Of a stretch of 64,000 nt of DNA, positions 16,277 through 24,635 are shown in pieces. Under the pieces are notes generated by a model that saw nothing but the letters and a program-made list of their open reading frames with translations, was not told the origin of the DNA and searched no databases. Origin of the DNA: a virus (taxonomy: Duplodnaviria > Caudoviricetes); the IMG/VR virus record IMGVR_UViG_3300033066_000592, positions 10,265 through 74,264 of that record, one strand, 5' to 3'. The position numbers were made by a program, and so were the translations under genes. The stretch's first letter is position 1. Each line of letters starts with the position of its first letter.

Positions 16277-19200
16277 ATGGTGATGGTAGCGATTAAGCCA
16301 CCGAGGCGCGTACGCAGATGGCTAGAGCGACTTGATGCGCCTGGCGCAGTGGATGCCGAGAGCTACCACGTCACGTTGTTGCACATCAAAGGCGCTGACC
16401 TGTCGAAAGCTGGCTTTGCCGCTCTGTGCGAAGCCGTCGCCACGACTTGTCGGACGCACAAGCACTTCGCAGCCAAGATCGGCGGCTTCGGTTATTTCCA
16501 GAACAGTCAGCCGAAGCCCTGTGTGTGGGCTTCTGTCGATTCTGTCGCTCTCACAGACGTGCGAAACAGCGTCCTTGCGCATCTCAAGGGCAGCGATGTC
16601 AAGGTCTCAGACGAGCACGGATTCACGCCGCACATGACGCTCGGTTACACAGAGCATGCGCGCAAGTGGAAGCCTGATCATGTGAAGCGCATGCCCGAGT
16701 GGACTGCGAAATCTCTGTACGTCGTGAAAGACGACGTCTGGACCCGCATGCCTCTGACAGAACCCGTGGACGATCGTATGCGTCTTGTGCCGACGTTTGA
16801 GTCAGGCTACCGCGACCTTGAAAAGCTATGGACCTGGCACAAGTCGCTCGTCGTCGTGAATGAATCCCTAGAGAAAGGCCGCAAGAAGGGCGGACAAAAC
16901 AAGACGCGCCGATACTTGCTGCGCATCGAGATGCCCGGTGGTTCACCGGGCAAGCCGAACTACCGCTACGTCTATCCAGATAAAGACGACGTCGTCAGCT
17001 TCGATCCAAAGACGGGCTTCAAACTCAAGCCAGGTCGCAGCATTGCCAAGATCGTCAACGAGAAGCTGTTCGGCGACTACGGCGTAGACTCGCGCACGGG
17101 CGATCCCTACGTGAAAGAGGGCCTGTTTTACGCATACGAGCCACGTGTCAGCACGTCGTACATGAAGCGCGCGTACGGTGAGCCGATTGCCACGGAGACG
17201 CTGAACAAGGTTCGGTTCTTCAAGTACAAGAAGGTTCACGGCTACACGGACGTCGACCTGGGCCCTGGCGTGGCCGCGTCAGGCTACCGGCTGCCACAGA
17301 AGCTGACGCAGCTTCAGATGACCGCTGACGAAGCGGCGGCGGCTCCGGGAAATCTCGCCGCAGAAGGCGCCGTCATCCTCAAACCAGAGGAGTTTGAAGA
17401 GAAGCGACCGTCGCCGTCTCACGACGTGGCACCTGTCGGCGAGAAGTCGATCGTCGTCGTACCAGAACAGACTCCTCTGTCGAAGTTGAACCTGGCTGAG
17501 CCGCTTCCTGACGACGTGGACCCGCTTCAGTACGCGGTGTCAGCAATCGAAGGCACGCGGCCTGGCCCTGGCAAAGCCGTTGTACGCCCGTTCAAGCAGT
17601 GGATGATCGACAAGTTCGGCAGCGAGTCAGGCTTGGTACAAGAGCTTGGCAATCGGCCGGCTACGACGTTGGTGACGCTCGGGCGTTTCAAGCCGACGCA
17701 GAAGAAAGTCCTCGCACGGCTCGAAGAAGAGTGGCGCGGCGTGATTCGGGGCATCGCCAAGCGTGCTGTGTCGGCGTATCGCGTGAGCAACGCATATCTT
17801 GCGGCCAAGGCATCAGATCAGGCCGCTGGCGTGCCGTACGAGAGTCAGAGTTCAGCAGCGCGCGGCTATATGCGTGAAGTCTTCAAAGAGGCCACGCAGC
17901 ACGGCAGTGAGCAGCTGCTGCGCCTCGCTCGCCAGTATGAGCCCACGGTTCATCACGATGATCGTTTCGACAAGTGGCTGTACGGCGCACTAGAGACGCA
18001 GATCGCGCGACACACCAAGCAAGAAGTCGAGCAGAGCAGCGGTGGCGGTGGAACGATCGAGCCGATCGTCAGCGGCGACATCGAAGAGGCCGCACGACGT
18101 ACAGCGCAGCAGGTTGACCTGCAGCCTGACGAAGCCTATGAGCTGAAAGAGGCTGGTCATGACCAGCTGTCAGGCGACGAACTGACGACGTTGTCGACTG
18201 TGACAGGCCCTGCGAAAGCGACACTGCTGCGCACGCTGCACTCGCCTGAGATGCCGCAAGCGTACAGACGAGTGCTGGCTGCGCGCCTGTGGCTCGATTC
18301 GCCTGAGTCAAGCGCCGCTGAGGAGCAGGCCATCGCCAAGCGGTCTGACAAAGGTGTGAAAGGGCCGCAGAGTTTCGAGCGCAACTACACAGGCAAGAAC
18401 GGTATCGCGTCGCGCTACAAGACGTGGATAGACCCAAAGACAGGCAAGCTTGTAGACGTGTCGAAGCTGAATCAGAGCCGACAAGCCGCCCTGTTGTCGA
18501 GCTGGTACGAAGCGGCTAAAGCGCATGTATTTCGGCAGCTGAGCGTACCGATGGCCGAGGCTCGCGCCACGATGCCAGACGTGCATCCGAGCGGCCTCTA
18601 TCAGAATCCGAAGCGTGTGCCGTTCACAGAGCAGCAGATCGCCGACAAGCTGCATTCAGTCGGCCATGGCACAGCTGAAGATGCCGCAGACTTGCTGGTG
18701 GACGCCGCGCTTGGTGGCGGTATGCGCGTGCTGACGCGCGAAGGCGCGATGGTCAAGCGTTGGCTGGAGCTAGAGACGAAGCTGGCGCGTGGCAATCGTC
18801 GACTGTTCTCAGAGCGCACGCAGCATCCGATTGCACAGGAGTCGCTGTCTGGGCCCGTGCCCGCACGTCCCGCGAAAATCGTCGTCATGCCTGAGAAGCC
18901 TGTGCTGGATAAGCACGGCGAGTGGCAGTCGCTACCTGTACATCCGACGCAGCGCTCAGCGCATCCGGCGATCGACTTCTTCTCGTCGACACCGAACCAG
19001 CAGCTTGCGCAACGGCTGGGCATCAATCTGCGACACATCAGTGGTCCAGAGACGGCCAGTGGTGTCTACGCGCATCAGAACGTCAGCATGGGCACCGCCG
19101 CGGAGCACACGCTTGCTGCTGCCAAGCTGGCACACGCGAAGCTGCTCAAGATGCAAGCACTCAAGCCTGCGCGTCTGCACGAAAAGCTAAAGCGCGCTCA

Positions 19201-20032
19201 GGCCGACGCAGATGCTCTAGACAAGCTAGGGTTGAGCCGCACGTCAGCAGGCATGACGTGGAACGAAGCCGGTCAGATCGGCAAGTTCTACAATGCTGTG
19301 CGTGCGCTGCACGCAGCTACGAACACGATCAAGCAAAAGCAGGCGAAGGTCCGTCTCGCCAAGAAGGCGTATCGCAAAGAGGCTGGCAAGGTCAGCATCG
19401 CGGCCAAGAATCCGTTCGACCGAAAGAAGGACAAGCTCGCGCATTCGGTCATGCGACATATCCTCGCTGTGAAACCGACGAGTACGCAGGAACTTGACCA
19501 GGCTGTGATGAACTGGATCGACGAGACGCACGACGTCGAGAGCAAGTCTGCACGGCGGACGTTTTTCAATGCCGTGAAAGAGCATCTACGCAACGAGAAA
19601 GCCGTCAGCAGTGGTGGCGACTTGGCGAAGCATGAAGCCGAGCTGAAGAGTCACGCGCCGACTGCACAGGAAATAGCAGCGCACAAGGCCGCAGCTGATC
19701 ACGCAGCGAAAGCTGGAGCTGCTCTTAGCGCCGTGAAAGTCGCAGGCAAACCGTTCGGTAAGGAAGTCGTGATGCGCTACATCAGCAGCAAGAATCCGGC
19801 TGAGGTTCATGACGAGGTGCGTGCTTCGCTTCAGAATCTTGCATCAAGCGTACATACCGACAAAGAGCTTGCCGAGTTCGAGCTGAACCGTCGCAAGACG
19901 GCCGGCAACACGCTCGTCAAGTCGATGGCTGAGGCTTCGTTCGAGAGCTTCGGTGCAGCGATCGATGCGTTTGATTTCGCGCTTACGATGACCGATTCTG
20001 CACGTATGGCTGCCGAAACGGTCGTGGTGTGA
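16277..20032 (+). CDS. 1251-aa multidomain protein: N-terminal 2H phosphoesterase, central sigma-70-like region, C-terminal shared helical module
   Basis: RBS AGGAG before ATG 16277. HVTL (16367) and HMTL (16631) 2H motifs; IRGIAKRA...QHGSEQLLRLARQYEP...RFDKW is sigma region-2-like; shared module at 19430-19606. Confidence 0.85.
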   Translation: MVMVAIKPPRRVRRWLERLDAPGAVDAESYHVTLLHIKGADLSKAGFAALCEAVATTCRTHKHFAAKIGGFGYFQNSQPKPCVWASVDSVALTDVRNSVLAHLKGSDVKVSDEHGFTPHMTLGYTEHARKWKPDHVKRMPEWTAKSLYVVKDDVWTRMPLTEPVDDRMRLVPTFESGYRDLEKLWTWHKSLVVVNESLEKGRKKGGQNKTRRYLLRIEMPGGSPGKPNYRYVYPDKDDVVSFDPKTGFKLKPGRSIAKIVNEKLFGDYGVDSRTGDPYVKEGLFYAYEPRVSTSYMKRAYGEPIATETLNKVRFFKYKKVHGYTDVDLGPGVAASGYRLPQKLTQLQMTADEAAAAPGNLAAEGAVILKPEEFEEKRPSPSHDVAPVGEKSIVVVPEQTPLSKLNLAEPLPDDVDPLQYAVSAIEGTRPGPGKAVVRPFKQWMIDKFGSESGLVQELGNRPATTLVTLGRFKPTQKKVLARLEEEWRGVIRGIAKRAVSAYRVSNAYLAAKASDQAAGVPYESQSSAARGYMREVFKEATQHGSEQLLRLARQYEPTVHHDDRFDKWLYGALETQIARHTKQEVEQSSGGGGTIEPIVSGDIEEAARRTAQQVDLQPDEAYELKEAGHDQLSGDELTTLSTVTGPAKATLLRTLHSPEMPQAYRRVLAARLWLDSPESSAAEEQAIAKRSDKGVKGPQSFERNYTGKNGIASRYKTWIDPKTGKLVDVSKLNQSRQAALLSSWYEAAKAHVFRQLSVPMAEARATMPDVHPSGLYQNPKRVPFTEQQIADKLHSVGHGTAEDAADLLVDAALGGGMRVLTREGAMVKRWLELETKLARGNRRLFSERTQHPIAQESLSGPVPARPAKIVVMPEKPVLDKHGEWQSLPVHPTQRSAHPAIDFFSSTPNQQLAQRLGINLRHISGPETASGVYAHQNVSMGTAAEHTLAAAKLAHAKLLKMQALKPARLHEKLKRAQADADALDKLGLSRTSAGMTWNEAGQIGKFYNAVRALHAATNTIKQKQAKVRLAKKAYRKEAGKVSIAAKNPFDRKKDKLAHSVMRHILAVKPTSTQELDQAVMNWIDETHDVESKSARRTFFNAVKEHLRNEKAVSSGGDLAKHEAELKSHAPTAQEIAAHKAAADHAAKAGAALSAVKVAGKPFGKEVVMRYISSKNPAEVHDEVRASLQNLASSVHTDKELAEFELNRRKTAGNTLVKSMAEASFESFGAAIDAFDFALTMTDSARMAAETVVV

Positions 20033-20033
20033 C

Positions 20034-22220
20034 GTGCATCTGCATTACGAGGACATCAGAGCTGACCTTGCGTACCTGAGCCCGTTTCCTGTGGAAGCGG
20101 CTAGCGTGCGCAAGGTCGTACAGGGTTATGAAGGCGTGTTGTACAGCGCCGGCCGTGCCTATATGTACACGCTGAACGGTCGGGGACTTCGCTTCGTAGG
20201 CGTGCCTGATGAAGCCGCAGACGACGCTGCGCGAGCGCACGATCTGTCGATGGACGCAGAGCGCGCGTTGTCGCTGGCCGAGAATCGTCGTGTGTCAGCG
20301 GCTGAGGCCAGCGAAGCCGTACAGATGAACGGCGCTACTGTCGGCCAGGTGCTGATCGTCAAGGCGAGTCCAGGCGCGCACCACGCAGGTTACATGCGGC
20401 GTGATCCACGCACAGGTAAGTTGGAGCAGGTGTCGCCGCTTGGTTACACGCCAGAGAAGCCACCGCCGCGCGAGACGAAGCATTATGCGGCAGTGAGCGT
20501 GAATGCGGATGTCGAGCTGGAGTCTGACGACGAGCTTGGGCATCAACTGCTCGCGCATCTCATCAAGCGACAGCCCAAGAATGAAAAGCAGCTTGCCGCC
20601 GCTGTCGAGAGCTTCGTTGACGACAGTTTCGACATCGAGAACGCAGCTGCTCGTAAGAAGTGGCTGAAAACGATTCACAGCTATCTGACGGAAAACGGAA
20701 TCACAGAGACGGCAGACGCCAATGACGAGGAAGCCGAAGGTGATGCCGAGCAGGATGCGTGGAGCAGTCGCAAGGCACAGGCAAAGCTTCAGATTCCTGT
20801 CACGTTCAAACCACGTGGCACCAAGCTGCTTGTGAATGGGCAGCCCGTCTCTGTATCGGCCGATGTCGAGCAGGCGTGCTATGCGTACGCCAAGCGCTTC
20901 CTCGTCAAGGGCGGTACCGTCAAAGACCAGGCGCGCTTCGTCAAGAACTTCGAGTCGAGCTTGCGCAAGCTCGGCGTGCCCAAAGGTGACATTGGCTATA
21001 AGCACTTCGTTGTTCAAGCGAAGAAAGACCTCGCGGCGCCTGTCAGCAAGAAGGGTCCGAAGGACGAGAGCCCGCAAGCACGGCCTGACCTGTACGTGAA
21101 GCAAGACGGCGTTATGACGCGCGTGATTGCTGCAACGCTTCCGACAGGTGGCTTCTACACGGGCAAGAAGGGCTACGGCACGTGGGTTCCTCCTGTACGT
21201 GAAGAAGACCTTGTGCTCAACGTGTCGCCAGGCGGAGCGCCAGCAGGTTGGCGTGGTAAGGTCATCAACGATCCGTCGAAAGATTTCTACCTGACATGGG
21301 AACACCCTGTCGCCAAGAAGCGCGGTTACGTCTACATGAGCCGCAAGCAGGCGGATCTGGAGAAGTTTTTTGCCTGCACAGTGCTCAGCAAGAAGTTGCA
21401 AGACATCTCCGACGATGTGTTCAAGGACATCACGAGCAAGAGCACACCGTCAGCCACCAAGGCCGCGGCGTTGTGCGTGATGCTCATAGATCAGCATCAC
21501 TTCCGTGTGGGCAACGAGACGTTCGCCAAGCAAGGCACGTACGGTGTTGCGTCGTTTCGTGCCAAGCACGTGAAGATCGACGGCACGAAGGTTACGTTTG
21601 AGTTCGTTGCCAAGAAGCAAGAGCCGTGGAAGCGCGAAGTCGACTTCGCTGGTATGCCGTCAGCTCTCGCATTCCTGAAGACGTGCATGAAGGGCAAGAA
21701 GCCTGACGATCGGCTCTGGTCTGGCACTGACTGGTCTGCATCGTCGAAAGACGTGAACGAATATCTGGCGCCGTACTCAGCTGATGGCGTCAAGATCACG
21801 GCGAAGTCATTGCGCACGTACCATGCGAATCGGCACATGACGGGCTACCTGCGCAAGCTGGAAGAGGCGCAGACGGCCTACAAGCTCACCGATGTCGAGG
21901 TGCGCAAGCTGTACAAGGGCGTCAAGCTCAAAGGCAAAGACGCCGCGCTGCTCACGCGCAAAGCCAAGAAAGACGGACCGAAGCTGTCGGACTTCTTGGG
22001 CTTCGTGCCGTATGTCGGCGCCAAGGGCAAGGGCAGCGCCATGACGGGCGTGCTGCCGTCTGTGGCAGCAAAGATGGGCCACACGACGGGTGCCTGCCGG
22101 AATAACTATATCGATCCTGTCGTGGTGACACGGTTCGCTGTACTGCACGGCTGGGACGATCGAACACCAAAAGAGCGCAAGTCTCGTGAAGACCTGCCAG
22201 GGTATGAGCCCGATGCGTGA
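20034..22220 (+). CDS. type IB DNA topoisomerase domain fused to a ~400-aa N-terminal extension
   Basis: FRVGNE, TYGVASFRAKHV, FVAKK, TAKSLRTY, KMGHT and CRNNYIDP together give the R-K-R-H-Y catalytic set of TopIB. Confidence 0.9.
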   Translation: MHLHYEDIRADLAYLSPFPVEAASVRKVVQGYEGVLYSAGRAYMYTLNGRGLRFVGVPDEAADDAARAHDLSMDAERALSLAENRRVSAAEASEAVQMNGATVGQVLIVKASPGAHHAGYMRRDPRTGKLEQVSPLGYTPEKPPPRETKHYAAVSVNADVELESDDELGHQLLAHLIKRQPKNEKQLAAAVESFVDDSFDIENAAARKKWLKTIHSYLTENGITETADANDEEAEGDAEQDAWSSRKAQAKLQIPVTFKPRGTKLLVNGQPVSVSADVEQACYAYAKRFLVKGGTVKDQARFVKNFESSLRKLGVPKGDIGYKHFVVQAKKDLAAPVSKKGPKDESPQARPDLYVKQDGVMTRVIAATLPTGGFYTGKKGYGTWVPPVREEDLVLNVSPGGAPAGWRGKVINDPSKDFYLTWEHPVAKKRGYVYMSRKQADLEKFFACTVLSKKLQDISDDVFKDITSKSTPSATKAAALCVMLIDQHHFRVGNETFAKQGTYGVASFRAKHVKIDGTKVTFEFVAKKQEPWKREVDFAGMPSALAFLKTCMKGKKPDDRLWSGTDWSASSKDVNEYLAPYSADGVKITAKSLRTYHANRHMTGYLRKLEEAQTAYKLTDVEVRKLYKGVKLKGKDAALLTRKAKKDGPKLSDFLGFVPYVGAKGKGSAMTGVLPSVAAKMGHTTGACRNNYIDPVVVTRFAVLHGWDDRTPKERKSREDLPGYEPDA

Positions 22221-23547
22221 CGACTACACGAAATATTTTCTGAGCCGCGTAGACGGCAGTGAAGACGCCTACAACGGCTACCTACAAGCGCCTGGTGACG
22301 ACTTGGTGTTTGTGGCCGAGCGGCACGGCCGAGAAGACGTCGTGACGAAATCGACGGTGCTGATGAAGGCCGAGAAGTATAAGGTGTTGGGAGTAGCATT
22401 TGGCTATGCGAAGCACATTTCCTATCAGCGTCTAGATCCCCGCACTGGAAAGATGGTGCAGGTGAAAGGCGGTCGTGATACGCCGATAGGAAAGACGTCG
22501 CTGACACCGCACCACTTCGACATTACGGTGCAGAAGAAGCATGGTCTCAGTGACGATGAGACGGCGATGGCCGTACTTCGCTACGTCGCGCAGAAGAAAG
22601 TCCGCACAGAAGGCGAGCTGCACGAGGCTGTGCAGGAGTTCGTGGAGAAAAATTACGACTCCGAAAGCTCAGAAGCTCGGGGCAAATGGGTGAGCACGAT
22701 TCTGAAAGCCCTGTTTCACCACAAGGCTGTACAGGTCACGCATCCAGGTGACGACATTGCGTACGGCAATATGCGCGTGCGTGATATGGCCATGGTGAGC
22801 CAGTGGGTACAGGGCTCCAACAACACCGTCGGTTCTGTCAGGCTCCGTGTCGGTGTTGCGAAACTGTTTAAGCAGGATATCGAGCGCGTCACGGAACGCG
22901 CTCGAAAGAATTCATCTGACAAGAAACGTTTTGAGCGCATGTTGGCTGACGCCAAGGCCGACAAAGACCTCGTCGCTTCTGTGGAGCGCGTAGCGGCGCT
23001 GTCACAGTCTGCTTACAAGGGTCAAAAGACGGTCGTGCTGCATCGCGCTATCAGCAAGGAACAAACAGCTGAGATTCGGAAACAGCTAAAGCTGAAGCCC
23101 GGTGTGACTGCACGTGGGAAGGTCATTACGATACCCGTCGATAACGTGACGTCGTTGTCAGAGAATGCTGCTGCGGCACATTCGGCGTTCGCCGGTTTTG
23201 ACGGCATGACTGTACGGGTCGAGGTACCCGTGTCTGCCATCGTGATGTCGTATCGGGCAATGCCGTCCACGATGTCGCTAAGCGGCGACACTGAGTGGGA
23301 GGTAGTTGTCGCTACGCCAGGTAAGCTTCATGCTACGATCGTAGCCGACAGATATCTTGGTGAGAATTCGTTACCGGAAGCTCCTATTAAATACCAAAAA
23401 TCTTCTTTACGGGCTTTGGCTGAAAAAGAACGTGCACGTTTTGAATCTAGGTACACAAAATTAAATCCCAAGCAGCACAGTATCTACAGCACCTATTGGA
23501 AAAAAACGCCTGCGGAATTCCTGCTCGAAGAAGATGTGTTTTCATGA
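22213..23547 (+). CDS. 444-aa protein with shared helical module and C-terminal ADP-ribosyltransferase-like domain
   Basis: VVLHRAI (R), VTSLSE (S-x-S) and TEWEVVV (E-x-E) follow the R-S-E clade ART pattern. Start at ATG 22213 overlapping the upstream stop. Confidence 0.65.
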   Translation: MRDDYTKYFLSRVDGSEDAYNGYLQAPGDDLVFVAERHGREDVVTKSTVLMKAEKYKVLGVAFGYAKHISYQRLDPRTGKMVQVKGGRDTPIGKTSLTPHHFDITVQKKHGLSDDETAMAVLRYVAQKKVRTEGELHEAVQEFVEKNYDSESSEARGKWVSTILKALFHHKAVQVTHPGDDIAYGNMRVRDMAMVSQWVQGSNNTVGSVRLRVGVAKLFKQDIERVTERARKNSSDKKRFERMLADAKADKDLVASVERVAALSQSAYKGQKTVVLHRAISKEQTAEIRKQLKLKPGVTARGKVITIPVDNVTSLSENAAAAHSAFAGFDGMTVRVEVPVSAIVMSYRAMPSTMSLSGDTEWEVVVATPGKLHATIVADRYLGENSLPEAPIKYQKSSLRALAEKERARFESRYTKLNPKQHSIYSTYWKKTPAEFLLEEDVFS

Positions 23548-24065
23548 AAACAAAGCCCATAGCGCTCACAGTAGACATCGACGCAAACGGTGGTAACGAA
23601 TGGCTGCACGAGATTCGTCGCAGGCGCGCGGCGCAACAGCGCATGCAGAAGGCGCTACCCCAACCGCAAGCCGAGAAGCCGGCCAAGCAGCTTGAGCCTG
23701 CGAACAAGCACCAGGGCACCAAGGCTGCGAAAGTCGCGGCCAAAGGCAGCGGTCGGCCTCGCTACACCTACCCGACCGAGAAGAAGTCGGCACAGGCTGT
23801 GGCAGCCAAGCAGGAAGCTGTGATGGTCGCACCTGATGGCGTCGATCCACAAGCATTTGCCACCAAGCTGGGCCTGTCCCTGTCGACGCTCAAAGGCACC
23901 GTACAGGAGTTTGTGAGCGAGCCGAAGATGGGTGGCCGTGAGGGCTTCGCCAAGTTCATGCGCAGCACCGTAGGTAAAGCGTTCATGACGCGCAACGGCG
24001 TGGGTGACGACTACTTCGGCAAGCTGTACGATGTGTTCACGAAACCCCCACAGCAGGAGAACTGA
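23544..24065 (+). CDS. hypothetical head-associated protein
   Basis: ATGA overlap; MQKA motif followed by a Lys/Pro-rich linker and GRPRYTYP. Confidence 0.65.
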   Translation: MKTKPIALTVDIDANGGNEWLHEIRRRRAAQQRMQKALPQPQAEKPAKQLEPANKHQGTKAAKVAAKGSGRPRYTYPTEKKSAQAVAAKQEAVMVAPDGVDPQAFATKLGLSLSTLKGTVQEFVSEPKMGGREGFAKFMRSTVGKAFMTRNGVGDDYFGKLYDVFTKPPQQEN

Positions 24066-24066
24066 G

Positions 24067-24579
24067 ATGCCGATGCAGACACCGACCATTGCAGAACGCA
24101 TGAGTGCCGCCCTTCACGACGATGACGATGCCATCGAAAAGGGCGGCGCCGACAAGCTGAAGGTGAACAAGGTGCCGTTTCCGCACAAGAAGCGCACGGG
24201 CCCCACAACGGTGCGGCCTGGCGGCAATGTGCCGAAGCACGGCAACACGCCGGCCCAGCTTAAGGGTAAGATCAAGAAAGGCGACGAGGCCGAAGGCGTC
24301 GATGAGACCGACGGCAGCGTGCTGACGCCGCCCGAAGGCGTTGTCGAGAAGGGCAAGGGCGCGTCCTGCAAGAGCTGCGGCAAGTATGGCGCGCTGTGCA
24401 AGTGTGAGGGCAGCATGCAAAAAGGCGAGGACACCGAAGACAAGCCGGCGCGTGTCGGAGCTTCGGATTTCGTCAAGAGCATGCACGGCATGACCGACGA
24501 TGACATCGCCCGCGCCGCGCAGTCCGGTATCCTCGGTCTTGGCGGCACGCCGGCCTCGCTGGGCTTCCCCTCCGCGTAG
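24067..24579 (+). CDS. low-complexity internal head protein candidate
   Basis: RBS AGGAG; strongly C/G-ending codons; repeated IEKG, VEKG, MQKG and FVKS motifs; CKSC...CKC. Confidence 0.7.
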   Translation: MPMQTPTIAERMSAALHDDDDAIEKGGADKLKVNKVPFPHKKRTGPTTVRPGGNVPKHGNTPAQLKGKIKKGDEAEGVDETDGSVLTPPEGVVEKGKGASCKSCGKYGALCKCEGSMQKGEDTEDKPARVGASDFVKSMHGMTDDDIARAAQSGILGLGGTPASLGFPSA

Positions 24580-24594
24580 TACCCCTCGCTTCTG

Positions 24595-24625
24595 TTGCCT
24601 AGAGCCGTTCTGGCTCGACTATACT
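24595..24625 (+). promoter_or_regulatory. possible internal sigma70-type promoter (TTGCCT-N19-TATACT)
   Basis: TATACT at 24620-24625 lies 10 nt before ATG 24636. The -35 spacing is long and there is no Shine-Dalgarno sequence. Confidence 0.35.
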
Positions 24626-24635
24626 GCCCCACATA

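Noticed and set aside
21230-22150. Possible tyrosine integrase or protelomerase
   Set aside because: The motifs (RVGNE, TYG, TAKxxRT, GHT...YIDP) follow TopIB spacing rather than the R...HxxR...H/W...Y of integrases, and no att-like site was seen.
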